DNA of 64,000 nt. Origin: Nitrososphaerota archaeon. Its GTDB lineage: Archaea; Thermoproteota; Nitrososphaeria_A; Caldarchaeales; Calditenuaceae. The position numbers were made by a program, and so were the translations under genes. The DNA lies in assembly GCA_038845265.1 (NCBI GenBank), contig JAWBQR010000004.1, forward strand, positions 45,978-109,977, read 5' to 3'. Below, piece by piece: positions 56,490 to 64,000 of this stretch; positions within the stretch are counted from its first letter, which is position 1; every line of letters starts with the position of its first letter. The notes under the pieces were generated by a model. The model was not told where the DNA came from and did not search any database. It worked only from the letters and a program-made list of their open reading frames with translations.

Positions 56490-58646
56490 TTGAGGCTAAG
56501 CGATACAGGCATAAGTGAGCGGCTGATAGCCGCTCTAAAAAGAGAGGGAATCGATACATTATATCCACACCAAGTAGAGGCTATCAAGAGAGGATTACTT
56601 GATGGTCGTAACATGGTTATTTCGGCACCGACTGCCTCCGGAAAGACCCTTCTAGCAACGCTTGCTGCCCATCACCAGTTGGCGATGGGTAGAAAAATCC
56701 TCTACCTCACGCCATTGAGAGCATTGACATCAGAGAAATACCAAGACTTCAAGCGTGTTTTTGAAAACTCAGACAGAGAAGTCAGTATTGCGGCCGTCTC
56801 TGGAGACTACGACGACCCCGGTGATTGGCTCGGTAGACGAGACTTCATAGTGTCTACATATGAAAAAGCCGACAGTCTCGTTAGGCATAAGGCTAGCTGG
56901 CTCAGCGAGGTGGGGCTAATCGTGGTTGACGAGATACATATGATAGGTGAAAAAGAAAGAGGCCCCACACTCGAGATGACAATTTCAAAATTAACAGAGA
57001 TTATCAAGGAGGCGCAGATCCTATGCCTCAGCGCGACTATTAGGAATGTTGATGAAATAGCGGAGTGGCTGGACGCCGTACCGATAGTGAGTAACTTTAG
57101 GCCCGTGCCCTTGATCGAGGGAGTAATGAGGGGGGAAATAGTCACTTTGAGTGACGGAACTAAGAAGAAGGTTAGAGCGACGGGAGATCCATTGACTGCG
57201 ATTGTATCAGAAGGACTCATCGACGGAGGTCAAGTACTTGTCTTCGCATTGACTAGGCGTAAGGCAGAAAGCTATGCCTCTAAGCTCGCAGAAGTTGTTC
57301 CCTATGTTGTACAGTTAAGCGGTGAGACAAGAACTCTACTAGAAAAAACCGCTGAAGCCATCCTTGAATCCGAGCCCGAATCACCCTTCTCAGAGAAGCT
57401 GAATGCCCTAGTCGAGAGAGGAGTTGCTTTTCATCACGCCGGGCTTGGAGCAAATCATAGAAGAATGATAGAAGAAGCCTTTAGGTCGAGGATTCTGCCG
57501 GTACTCTGCGCAACTCCAACACTGGCAGCCGGCGTGAATCTTCCTGCTAGATTTGTAATCATTCCTGAATTGAGAAGATATGATTCTCATTATGGTGCAT
57601 CCTCAATATCCGTGATGGAGTATAAGCAATTATGCGGACGCGCTGGAAGACCACTATACGACAAAGTCGGCTATGCGATACTTATAGCGAAGAATAAGGA
57701 AGAAGAGGAGTATTTCTTGGAGAAGTATGTAAAGGGTGAGCCAGAAAAGATATACTCTTGCCTCGGCAGCGAGAGACATCTTAGATCTCACCTTCTCTCC
57801 CTGATAGCCTCAGAACTGGTGAGTTCAGAGCTAGGACTAAGAAGAATTTTAAGCAGAACCTTCTATGCATATCAATTCGGAGCTAGAGTAATTGAGGAGA
57901 AAGTCGACTCGGTACTGGAGTTCTTGGAGGAGAACAACATGATTAGGAGAGATGAAGGAATATCTGCAACGCCTCTGGGGCGTCGAGTCTCACAGCTCTA
58001 TATCGACCCTCTATCAGCAGTCAGGATTGTACAATACATATCCAGTGATAAACATTTGACTTTGACGGGTATGCTGCAGATAATTTGTCTGACTCCGGAT
58101 TTAACAGAGTACGGCATGCCAAGGATGAGGAGGCAAAAGATCGAGAGATATATTGAGTCATTGATCGATGAGCTGGTTGAGCCGCCTCCTGACCCAACTG
58201 AAGATCCAGAAGGGTACGAATTCTTCTTAGACGTAATGAAGAATCTATCAGTCTTGAGGGAATGGATAAACGAGACGCCCGAGAGAAATATCTATGATGG
58301 GTTCAACATCGAGCCGGGAGATTTCGCCGCACTTCGGGAGAGAGCCGAGTGGCTGAGCTATGCAGCTTCCCAACTATGCCTAACCCTCGGTAGAAAATCA
58401 CTATTCAAGGCATATGAAAACCTGACTTTACGAATAAAGCACGGCGTGAAAAACGAGCTCTTAGAACTTGTATCGATACCGGGAGTCGGAAGAGTTAGGG
58501 GGAGGAGCCTATGGAATCATGGATTAAGAACCATTGAAGATGTAAAGAATGCATCAATCGATGAGTTAGCTAGGGTTCCGGGCATAGGTAGAAAGCTAGC
58601 TGACAAAATCAAGAAGAGCGTCTCTCGAGAATCTTCCGACACCTAG
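56490..58646 (+). CDS. hel308: Hel308/Hjm (Ski2-like) DNA helicase
   Basis: Motif I SAPTASGKT, motif II DEIHMIGE, motif VI QLCGRAGR, followed by the WH, ratchet and C-terminal HhH domains (GIGRKLADKI). It begins 11 nt after the MCM stop. Confidence 0.85.
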   Translation: MRLSDTGISERLIAALKREGIDTLYPHQVEAIKRGLLDGRNMVISAPTASGKTLLATLAAHHQLAMGRKILYLTPLRALTSEKYQDFKRVFENSDREVSIAAVSGDYDDPGDWLGRRDFIVSTYEKADSLVRHKASWLSEVGLIVVDEIHMIGEKERGPTLEMTISKLTEIIKEAQILCLSATIRNVDEIAEWLDAVPIVSNFRPVPLIEGVMRGEIVTLSDGTKKKVRATGDPLTAIVSEGLIDGGQVLVFALTRRKAESYASKLAEVVPYVVQLSGETRTLLEKTAEAILESEPESPFSEKLNALVERGVAFHHAGLGANHRRMIEEAFRSRILPVLCATPTLAAGVNLPARFVIIPELRRYDSHYGASSISVMEYKQLCGRAGRPLYDKVGYAILIAKNKEEEEYFLEKYVKGEPEKIYSCLGSERHLRSHLLSLIASELVSSELGLRRILSRTFYAYQFGARVIEEKVDSVLEFLEENNMIRRDEGISATPLGRRVSQLYIDPLSAVRIVQYISSDKHLTLTGMLQIICLTPDLTEYGMPRMRRQKIERYIESLIDELVEPPPDPTEDPEGYEFFLDVMKNLSVLREWINETPERNIYDGFNIEPGDFAALRERAEWLSYAASQLCLTLGRKSLFKAYENLTLRIKHGVKNELLELVSIPGVGRVRGRSLWNHGLRTIEDVKNASIDELARVPGIGRKLADKIKKSVSRESSDT

Positions 58647-59552
58647 GAAGAAAATGGCCAGTGTTGCATCAAGTATATCTGCCGAGGCTCCTGGCCTGAT
58701 GTCATTACTTCTTAAATATTCATCTAAGATGGACAGTCTTTTTCGACCCTCTTTCGTCGCTACTCCGCCCAGTCTTAATACCTTAGACGCAATAGACATA
58801 ACTATTCTTGCCTTATCGATCCCCTTCCTCCGAGAGATGTGTGTGTCAGGCCTTTTCGACATTACTGCCAGTAATGCATTGACGGCTGAAACTTCGAGAT
58901 CATTCGTTCTCTTCAACCACAACTTAAATGTCTTTAGAGAAACATCAAAAGTTAAAGAATAATTACTTAGATATTCATCAATAATCATGTCCCTTCCGCG
59001 ATAATTCCCAAATACTTCTATTATTGATGCCTTCCTGCTCTTTATTAGCTCGTATGTATGCGGTTTCTTTACGTCTAGGAATGAAACGTTTCCTAGTCCT
59101 CCGGGACTGGCCATCGAGATTGACTTGAGAATGTATATGCAGTCTCGCCAAACAGTTCTTTCCAGCACCTCCCTTATTGCTCTCCTGAGCTTCACATCGC
59201 TCTGCCAGTTTTTCCTAGACCCTAATAGTCCTGCAGCGCATGAAATTGGAAAAAGCAGTAGCAGCGCACCAAGATGTGTATTCCCACCACCCTGAACATT
59301 GAGCATGTCTTCAACTGCATGTGAGATATATTTTCCAAGTCTCCCGCTCCATGCTTTCCTTGCACCGCTAATGGCGGCCAGTCTGAGCCAACGATAAAAT
59401 GCAACTGAGGCTGTTTGAAGATTTATTATGTCAAGCTCTGGAAGTCTGTTTATACGGTCAACTAACCCGGGCTTTGGATAGACTGCAGACTCAACAAGAA
59501 GAGCTGTTACGAGACATCTCGCAACTTCATCACCGAGGGGGTCATGCATCAC
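58596..59552 (-). CDS. CitG/MdcB-family protein (triphosphoribosyl-dephospho-CoA synthase homolog)
   Basis: N-terminal ALLVESAVYPKPGLVDR is the CitG family signature; 318 aa. Confidence 0.6.
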   Translation of the reverse strand: MMHDPLGDEVARCLVTALLVESAVYPKPGLVDRINRLPELDIINLQTASVAFYRWLRLAAISGARKAWSGRLGKYISHAVEDMLNVQGGGNTHLGALLLLFPISCAAGLLGSRKNWQSDVKLRRAIREVLERTVWRDCIYILKSISMASPGGLGNVSFLDVKKPHTYELIKSRKASIIEVFGNYRGRDMIIDEYLSNYSLTFDVSLKTFKLWLKRTNDLEVSAVNALLAVMSKRPDTHISRRKGIDKARIVMSIASKVLRLGGVATKEGRKRLSILDEYLRSNDIRPGASADILDATLAIFFLGVGRFSRDALLDFVS

Positions 59553-59558
59553 TTTTTA

Positions 59559-60431
59559 TCATGTTACTGCAGCCTTATATCCATAGACACACTCTGTTAA
59601 TTCATCCCAGTAAACCCTGAAGCCAGCCGCCCTCATCCTGTTCATAACGCCTATATGAATTCTTTTTGCACTGTGCTTTCCTGGGCTGCCGACATAATGC
59701 ACTATGCGTCCACAGGGCTTAAGTATTCTACAGAGTTCGTGATAAAAATCTGAGGAGTATAACTCTCCGGCTAACGATATTCTTGGCGGGTCATGAATAA
59801 TCACATCAAAACTATTATCATCTAACTTGGAGACAAATTCTGCGACATCGCTGATGACTGTTACTACTTTGTCGTTCTTTAGAGCCCATGACCATGGGTT
59901 TATCCTGGCCAGTCCGTATACGTTTTCATCCCTCTCCACAGTTATTACCTGTTTAGCCTTCATCTTGATCGCCGAGATCGCGGTGTATCCTAATCCCATA
60001 CAAGTATCGATAACCAACTTGTTCTTCAAGCTGCCAACAAGCCTAACCTTCGCTTCAGCGTCTTTTTCAGGAAATGTGCCAAATATTCTATGCATATGTA
60101 TGCCATCTATCTCAAGAGTCGGCGCATGGCCTCTCTCGGTCCGGACTAGTTTGTAATAATGCTCCGCCCGAATCTCAACAATTGATAAAGAGTTATTTTG
60201 AAGCAGGTAGATTGATCTTTCATCATCCTTAATCTCTTCGAGATCATCGATTTTTAATTCATCACCATTTATCAGGACATATCCATCCTTTATCAAGCAT
60301 TCCGTCGTTGATAACTGGAGATCAAACGAAGTTTTAACACTCCTTAACCCATTATGATATGCATTCAGTATATCCTTTGCCGAGTCACAGGTAAGTAGTT
60401 TGGCGATAATTGGTTCAAATCTCCTCTCCAT
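59559..60431 (-). CDS. class-I SAM-dependent methyltransferase (archaeal COG2521-like, DPP motif)
   Basis: SAM-binding VIDTCMGLGYTAI, acidic loop VERDE, and motif IV-like DVIIHDPPR. A ~120-aa N-terminal domain is of unknown type. It lies 6 nt downstream of the CitG-like gene. Confidence 0.5.
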   Translation of the reverse strand: MERRFEPIIAKLLTCDSAKDILNAYHNGLRSVKTSFDLQLSTTECLIKDGYVLINGDELKIDDLEEIKDDERSIYLLQNNSLSIVEIRAEHYYKLVRTERGHAPTLEIDGIHMHRIFGTFPEKDAEAKVRLVGSLKNKLVIDTCMGLGYTAISAIKMKAKQVITVERDENVYGLARINPWSWALKNDKVVTVISDVAEFVSKLDDNSFDVIIHDPPRISLAGELYSSDFYHELCRILKPCGRIVHYVGSPGKHSAKRIHIGVMNRMRAAGFRVYWDELTECVYGYKAAVT

Positions 60432-60574
60432 TCAGTATTATTATTTTAAAACGAATTCATAACCATGCTCCTGGCATAGCATTGCGTCGAGATACTTGTG
60501 ATAAAATTATTGAAGCGTTATTAAGCGAGGTATACTACTGATTTTTGTGTTGGGAAAGGCTAGGTGTTGAATTG

Positions 60575-61093
60575 ATGGATAGGCTTTGGGCTCCTTGGAG
60601 AATGGCCTATATAGGTGGGCAGAAGACCCAGGGATGCATCTTCTGCAGAAAGCCTAAAGAGAGGAATGATAGGGCAAACCTAATAATAATGCGGGGCGAG
60701 ACATGCTTCGTAATGCTGAATGCATACCCATACAATAATGGACACCTCATGACTGCTCCATATAGACATGTAGGAGACATCAGAAGACTCTCAATGAGAG
60801 AGTCATCCGAGTTAATGATGTTGTCGATTCTTAGTATCGATCTATTGATGAGGGCTCTCAACCCTATGGGATTCAATATTGGTATGAATCTTGGAAGAAT
60901 TGCAGGCGCCGGAATAGCCGACCATGTACATATGCACATTGTGCCAAGGTGGGCGGGCGACACTAACTACATGCCTGTCATTGCCGATACAAAGGTTCTT
61001 CCAGAATATCTAGATGAGACTTACTCAAAATTGCTGGAGCATCTTCCGCAAAACATGAAAGCAAAACTACAATTGACGGATAATTCTAGATGA
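60575..61093 (+). CDS. HIT-family protein (GalT/Ap4A-phosphorylase-like branch)
   Basis: Histidine triad HVHMHIVPR, N-terminal WAPWRMAYI, and a Zn-site CxxC-like GCIFC. Start set at the internal Met (MDRLWAPW). Confidence 0.7.
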   Translation: MDRLWAPWRMAYIGGQKTQGCIFCRKPKERNDRANLIIMRGETCFVMLNAYPYNNGHLMTAPYRHVGDIRRLSMRESSELMMLSILSIDLLMRALNPMGFNIGMNLGRIAGAGIADHVHMHIVPRWAGDTNYMPVIADTKVLPEYLDETYSKLLEHLPQNMKAKLQLTDNSR

Positions 61094-61127
61094 GGGCCTA
61101 GCCTCTAAATATAAGTTATTTTTTAAT

Positions 61128-61805
61128 TTGCTCGTGAAAAAAATCAGGGCTATTCTCACAGACGTGGACGCAACAATCATGGATAATAGAGAAAGGCGAA
61201 TCAAAGCAGTTGAAATGGTCCTAGGAGTTAAGATTGAAGATGACCAAAGAGCCAAGGCATATAACGCGCTGACGGTAGAGGACGTTGCGAGGATAGCTGG
61301 TGTCGATCCCTCCGACAGGGTTTTAGAGGATATAATTAACATTTTCCTAGACGATATAGAGCTCTACGAATTAGACACTCCTGCCGAAGGCGCAGTAGAA
61401 ATTTTTAACGATCTTGCCAGGAATGGTATAAAAATAATATATGTCACTGGGCGTCCCGGAGTTAACTACATTAGACCGTTCATAGAAAAGATGGGGTTTC
61501 CGCTGGGCCCGATGTATTATGAAAGGATTACCGGCGTAGGCGCCGCCGAGATTAAGAAAAGCCTCTTCAAAAAAGCACTAATAGAGAATAAACTAAAACC
61601 GAGTGAAGTGGTCTCGCTTGGTGATATGCCTCATGACGGCGCGGCGTCACGTTGTCTAAATATTTACAGCATAGGCACGACCCAGATTTCAGGTGTCTCT
61701 CCAGAAGTCTTGAAGCCATACTTCGACGAAGTCATCATGCATATCTCTTCACTACCGACCCTCATAAGGAAGCTTGAAAAGGAGAGTAGCCAGCGTAAGA
61801 CCTAA
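61128..61805 (+). CDS. HAD-superfamily phosphatase
   Basis: Motif I ILTDVDATIMD, motif II-like IIYVTGR, motif IV SLGDMPHDGAAS. Confidence 0.6.
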   Translation: MLVKKIRAILTDVDATIMDNRERRIKAVEMVLGVKIEDDQRAKAYNALTVEDVARIAGVDPSDRVLEDIINIFLDDIELYELDTPAEGAVEIFNDLARNGIKIIYVTGRPGVNYIRPFIEKMGFPLGPMYYERITGVGAAEIKKSLFKKALIENKLKPSEVVSLGDMPHDGAASRCLNIYSIGTTQISGVSPEVLKPYFDEVIMHISSLPTLIRKLEKESSQRKT

Positions 61806-61869
61806 TTCTGGGAATTTCAATTATTTATAAAAAGGCGGTGTAATATATTATATTTAGACATAGGCGCTG

Positions 61870-62904
61870 ATGAGTGGGATGGAGATAGCTAAATATTCAG
61901 TTGAAAGGATGCAGAGATATTTGGCTGCTGGCTATAGACTGCTAGGAAGAGAGAGACATTCTGGTATCGAGATATGTAGGTGGACCAGGTCGAGATTAAG
62001 AGGCGAGAGGAATTGCTACAAATCCATCTATGGAATTGACTCGAGGAGATGTATACAGATGTCGCCTACGATTGATTTCTGCAATTTTGCCTGTCCCTGG
62101 TGCTGGAGACCATTCGGCCCACATAGAAACAAAGCCCATGGCTCGAAATGGGATACTCCAAAAATAATCGTTGATGAGATGATAAAGGCGCAGAGAGAAC
62201 TACTCTCAGGATTTGGAGGCAACCCAATGACGAGTAAGGAATCATTCAAGAAGGCAATGAGACCAGCACACGTCGCAATTTCTCTAGACGGCGAGCCAAC
62301 TCTATATCCCGAATTAGCCGGGCTCATAAAGGAGATACATAGTAGAGGCATGACGAGCTTCCTTGTAAGTAATGGATCACTCCCGAAAAGACTTGAAGAA
62401 TTACTAAAGGAAAACGCTACTCCAACCAATCTTTACATAAGCGTCTACGCGACAAATGAAAAAAAATACGACGAGTTGACGAGGTCGTCTTTCCCGAAAG
62501 TATTCAGAAAAGTGCTAGAGAGTCTAAATCTCTTCTATAAATTTAATGAGAGGGGGTGCAGAACAGTATTTAGAATGACGGTTGCGAAGGGGCTAAACAT
62601 GGAAGACCCTGAAGGTTATGCCTCATTGATAAGGATGTCTGAACCACATTTCATAGAAGTAAAAGGATACGCTTGGCTTGGAGAATCAAGGCTCAGGATT
62701 CCCAGGACAGCTTCTCCAACCTATGGGGAATTAAAAGACTTCGCAGAAAAAGTGATAGACAAAGCCGGCTACAAGGTCAAGATGTGGGACAAAATAAGCA
62801 ACATAATAGTCGCCGTAAGAGATGAGGATACATGGAGATGGAACCTTCAACTCGTCAAGAAAATCACCAAACTCGAAGGTGTTGATGCGGACAAATATAA
62901 ATAA
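61870..62904 (+). CDS. taw1: radical SAM tRNA 4-demethylwyosine synthase (Taw1/TYW1-like)
   Basis: Radical SAM motif CNFACPWCWRP (Cx3Cx2C followed by the WR characteristic of Taw1) and the extra N-terminal Cys (EICRWT). ~340 aa. Confidence 0.65.
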   Translation: MSGMEIAKYSVERMQRYLAAGYRLLGRERHSGIEICRWTRSRLRGERNCYKSIYGIDSRRCIQMSPTIDFCNFACPWCWRPFGPHRNKAHGSKWDTPKIIVDEMIKAQRELLSGFGGNPMTSKESFKKAMRPAHVAISLDGEPTLYPELAGLIKEIHSRGMTSFLVSNGSLPKRLEELLKENATPTNLYISVYATNEKKYDELTRSSFPKVFRKVLESLNLFYKFNERGCRTVFRMTVAKGLNMEDPEGYASLIRMSEPHFIEVKGYAWLGESRLRIPRTASPTYGELKDFAEKVIDKAGYKVKMWDKISNIIVAVRDEDTWRWNLQLVKKITKLEGVDADKYK

Positions 62905-62967
62905 ATTATTAAAGTCTGCAAACTAATATCTATAAAAAATAGTTTTATTTTGTTTTATCGTTAAAGA

Positions 62968-64000
62968 ATGAGAGTAGTCTTTAAGTTCGGCGGCACATCT
63001 CTCGCAAATGGCGAAAGAATTAGACACGCTGCAGAACTTGTAAAAAACTACCTTCCCGATAACAAGATAGTAGTTGTCTGCTCGGCAATGGGTGATACTA
63101 CAGATAATCTACTTGAGGCAATAGATGCTGCCGTTAACGGAGATAAGAAGAGAGTCGACGATGTTTTATCAGAGCTAAGCAGCCTACACCTTGAAGCAAT
63201 TGACAAGGCCGTAAGTGTTGATTCTATTAAAAGAGAGATTTACTCCAGAATCTCGGAAAACATTGGGAATCTAAGTCAGGTGCTGCATAGTATCTATTTT
63301 CTAAGAGAGGCAACTCCGAGGACGCGTGATTATGTCTTGTCCTTCGGTGAAAGGATGTCCAGCAGGATAATGTATGGAGCTCTCATGAGTCTGAGAATTG
63401 AGGCAAAGTATCTCGAGGGCGGAGAGGCAGGCATAATAACTGATTCCTCATTCGGAGAGGCCCAACCAATAATGGAAGTTACTCAGAAACAAGTAAGAGA
63501 AAGGGTGGGAGGACTTTTAGAGAGGAATATCACGCCTGTCGTAACCGGCTTCATAGGCACGACTGTAGACGGCGCAGTAACGACGTTGGGGAGGGGTGGT
63601 TCAGATTATACCGCCACGATCATTGCATATGCCATCAATGCTGAGGAGGTGTGGCTATGGTCTGATGTCGATGGACTGATGACGACTGACCCAAGAATAG
63701 TCAATGATGCACGGGTGCTTCCTGAGATATCATTCGAAGAAGCCATGGAAATGGCATTGTTTGGAGCGAAGGGGCTACATCCGAGGGCCCTAGAGCCCGC
63801 CCAAATGGGCAACATCAGGGTGAGGATAAAAAATACTTTCAACCCATCGGCCCCTGGTACACTGATATCTGAGTCTGCTAGAGGCATAGACAGCGTCGTC
63901 AAGGCTGTCCTGCTCGTTAGAGACGTAGCCATGATAACGCTGAGAGGAGCGTCGGTAGTAGGCAGGGCCGGGACAGCTGGAAGAATTCTCAGCACGTTGG
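62968..64000 (+). CDS. lysC: aspartate kinase (partial, 3' end beyond window)
   Basis: MRVVFKFGGTSLANGERI...VVVCSAMGDTTDNLLEA, GRGGSDYTA, and ALFGAKGLHPRA. The frame stays open to the end of the window. Confidence 0.85.
   Translation, partial: MRVVFKFGGTSLANGERIRHAAELVKNYLPDNKIVVVCSAMGDTTDNLLEAIDAAVNGDKKRVDDVLSELSSLHLEAIDKAVSVDSIKREIYSRISENIGNLSQVLHSIYFLREATPRTRDYVLSFGERMSSRIMYGALMSLRIEAKYLEGGEAGIITDSSFGEAQPIMEVTQKQVRERVGGLLERNITPVVTGFIGTTVDGAVTTLGRGGSDYTATIIAYAINAEEVWLWSDVDGLMTTDPRIVNDARVLPEISFEEAMEMALFGAKGLHPRALEPAQMGNIRVRIKNTFNPSAPGTLISESARGIDSVVKAVLLVRDVAMITLRGASVVGRAGTAGRILSTL

Noticed and set aside
60440-60545. Possible C/D-box sRNA (GUGAUAA ... CUGA) in the divergent intergenic region upstream of the HIT gene
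   Set aside because: The C box is imperfect (UGAUAA rather than UGAUGA), and there are no convincing internal D'/C' boxes and no terminal stem. This is indistinguishable from chance in AT-rich DNA.

Overview
This 64-kb window is from an archaeal chromosome and reads as a core housekeeping region with a few accessory islands.

Lineage clues:
- Coding DNA is low-GC (roughly 35-40%), while the stable RNAs (16S rRNA, three tRNAs) are very GC-rich.
- The 16S rRNA has TACK/Thermoproteota-like signatures.
- There are archaeal-type bulge-helix-bulge introns in a tRNA and in the cbf5 mRNA.
- The 16S gene is a stand-alone unit with its own flanking processing stem, and no 23S follows it.
- Together these fit a thermophilic Thermoproteota/TACK-like organism.

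Main content:
- Housekeeping genes include carAB, aconitase, thrC, a partial lysC, aIF5A and aCPSF1.
- One ribosomal cluster reads S5-L30-L15-SecY-DUF106-L34e-(inverted cmk)-L14e-Cbf5, and Sm-L37e sits separately.
- A replication cluster contains GINS, MCM and Hel308; PolB and EndoQ are also present.
- Several cell-surface glycosylation genes are present (GT4, GT2, GT-C, an epimerase, a sugar nucleotidyltransferase) together with an archaeal pilin-like protein.

The most notable system is a compact eukaryote-type ubiquitin-like conjugation cassette on the minus strand:
- Ubl (78 aa, ending exactly in Gly-Gly), then a UBC-fold E2, then an E1 with a C-terminal domain that may be ubiquitin-fold-like.
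- A divergently transcribed Rpn11-like JAMM isopeptidase faces it across a shared promoter region.
- The JAMM gene is translationally coupled to an uncharacterised coiled-coil protein, followed by a small polytopic membrane protein.
- No RING-type E3 is detectable nearby. Downstream of the E1 lies an unusual 1-kb ORF-free AT-rich stretch bordered by tRNA-Thr.

Other points worth a second look:
- A 14-nt insertion splits cbf5 exactly between the GHGGTL motif and the catalytic Asp, and it folds into a near-perfect hBHBh' splicing motif.
- The tRNA-Ser(GGA) carries a 13-nt intron.
- A MoaD/ThiS-like protein ending GG-KF sits next to thrC and MoaB.
- The thrC N-terminal zinc ribbon has no canonical in-frame start codon.
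- An RHH-led three-gene operon of unknown function has ATTAAT palindromes in its promoter.

No CRISPR array, transposase or integrase was seen.
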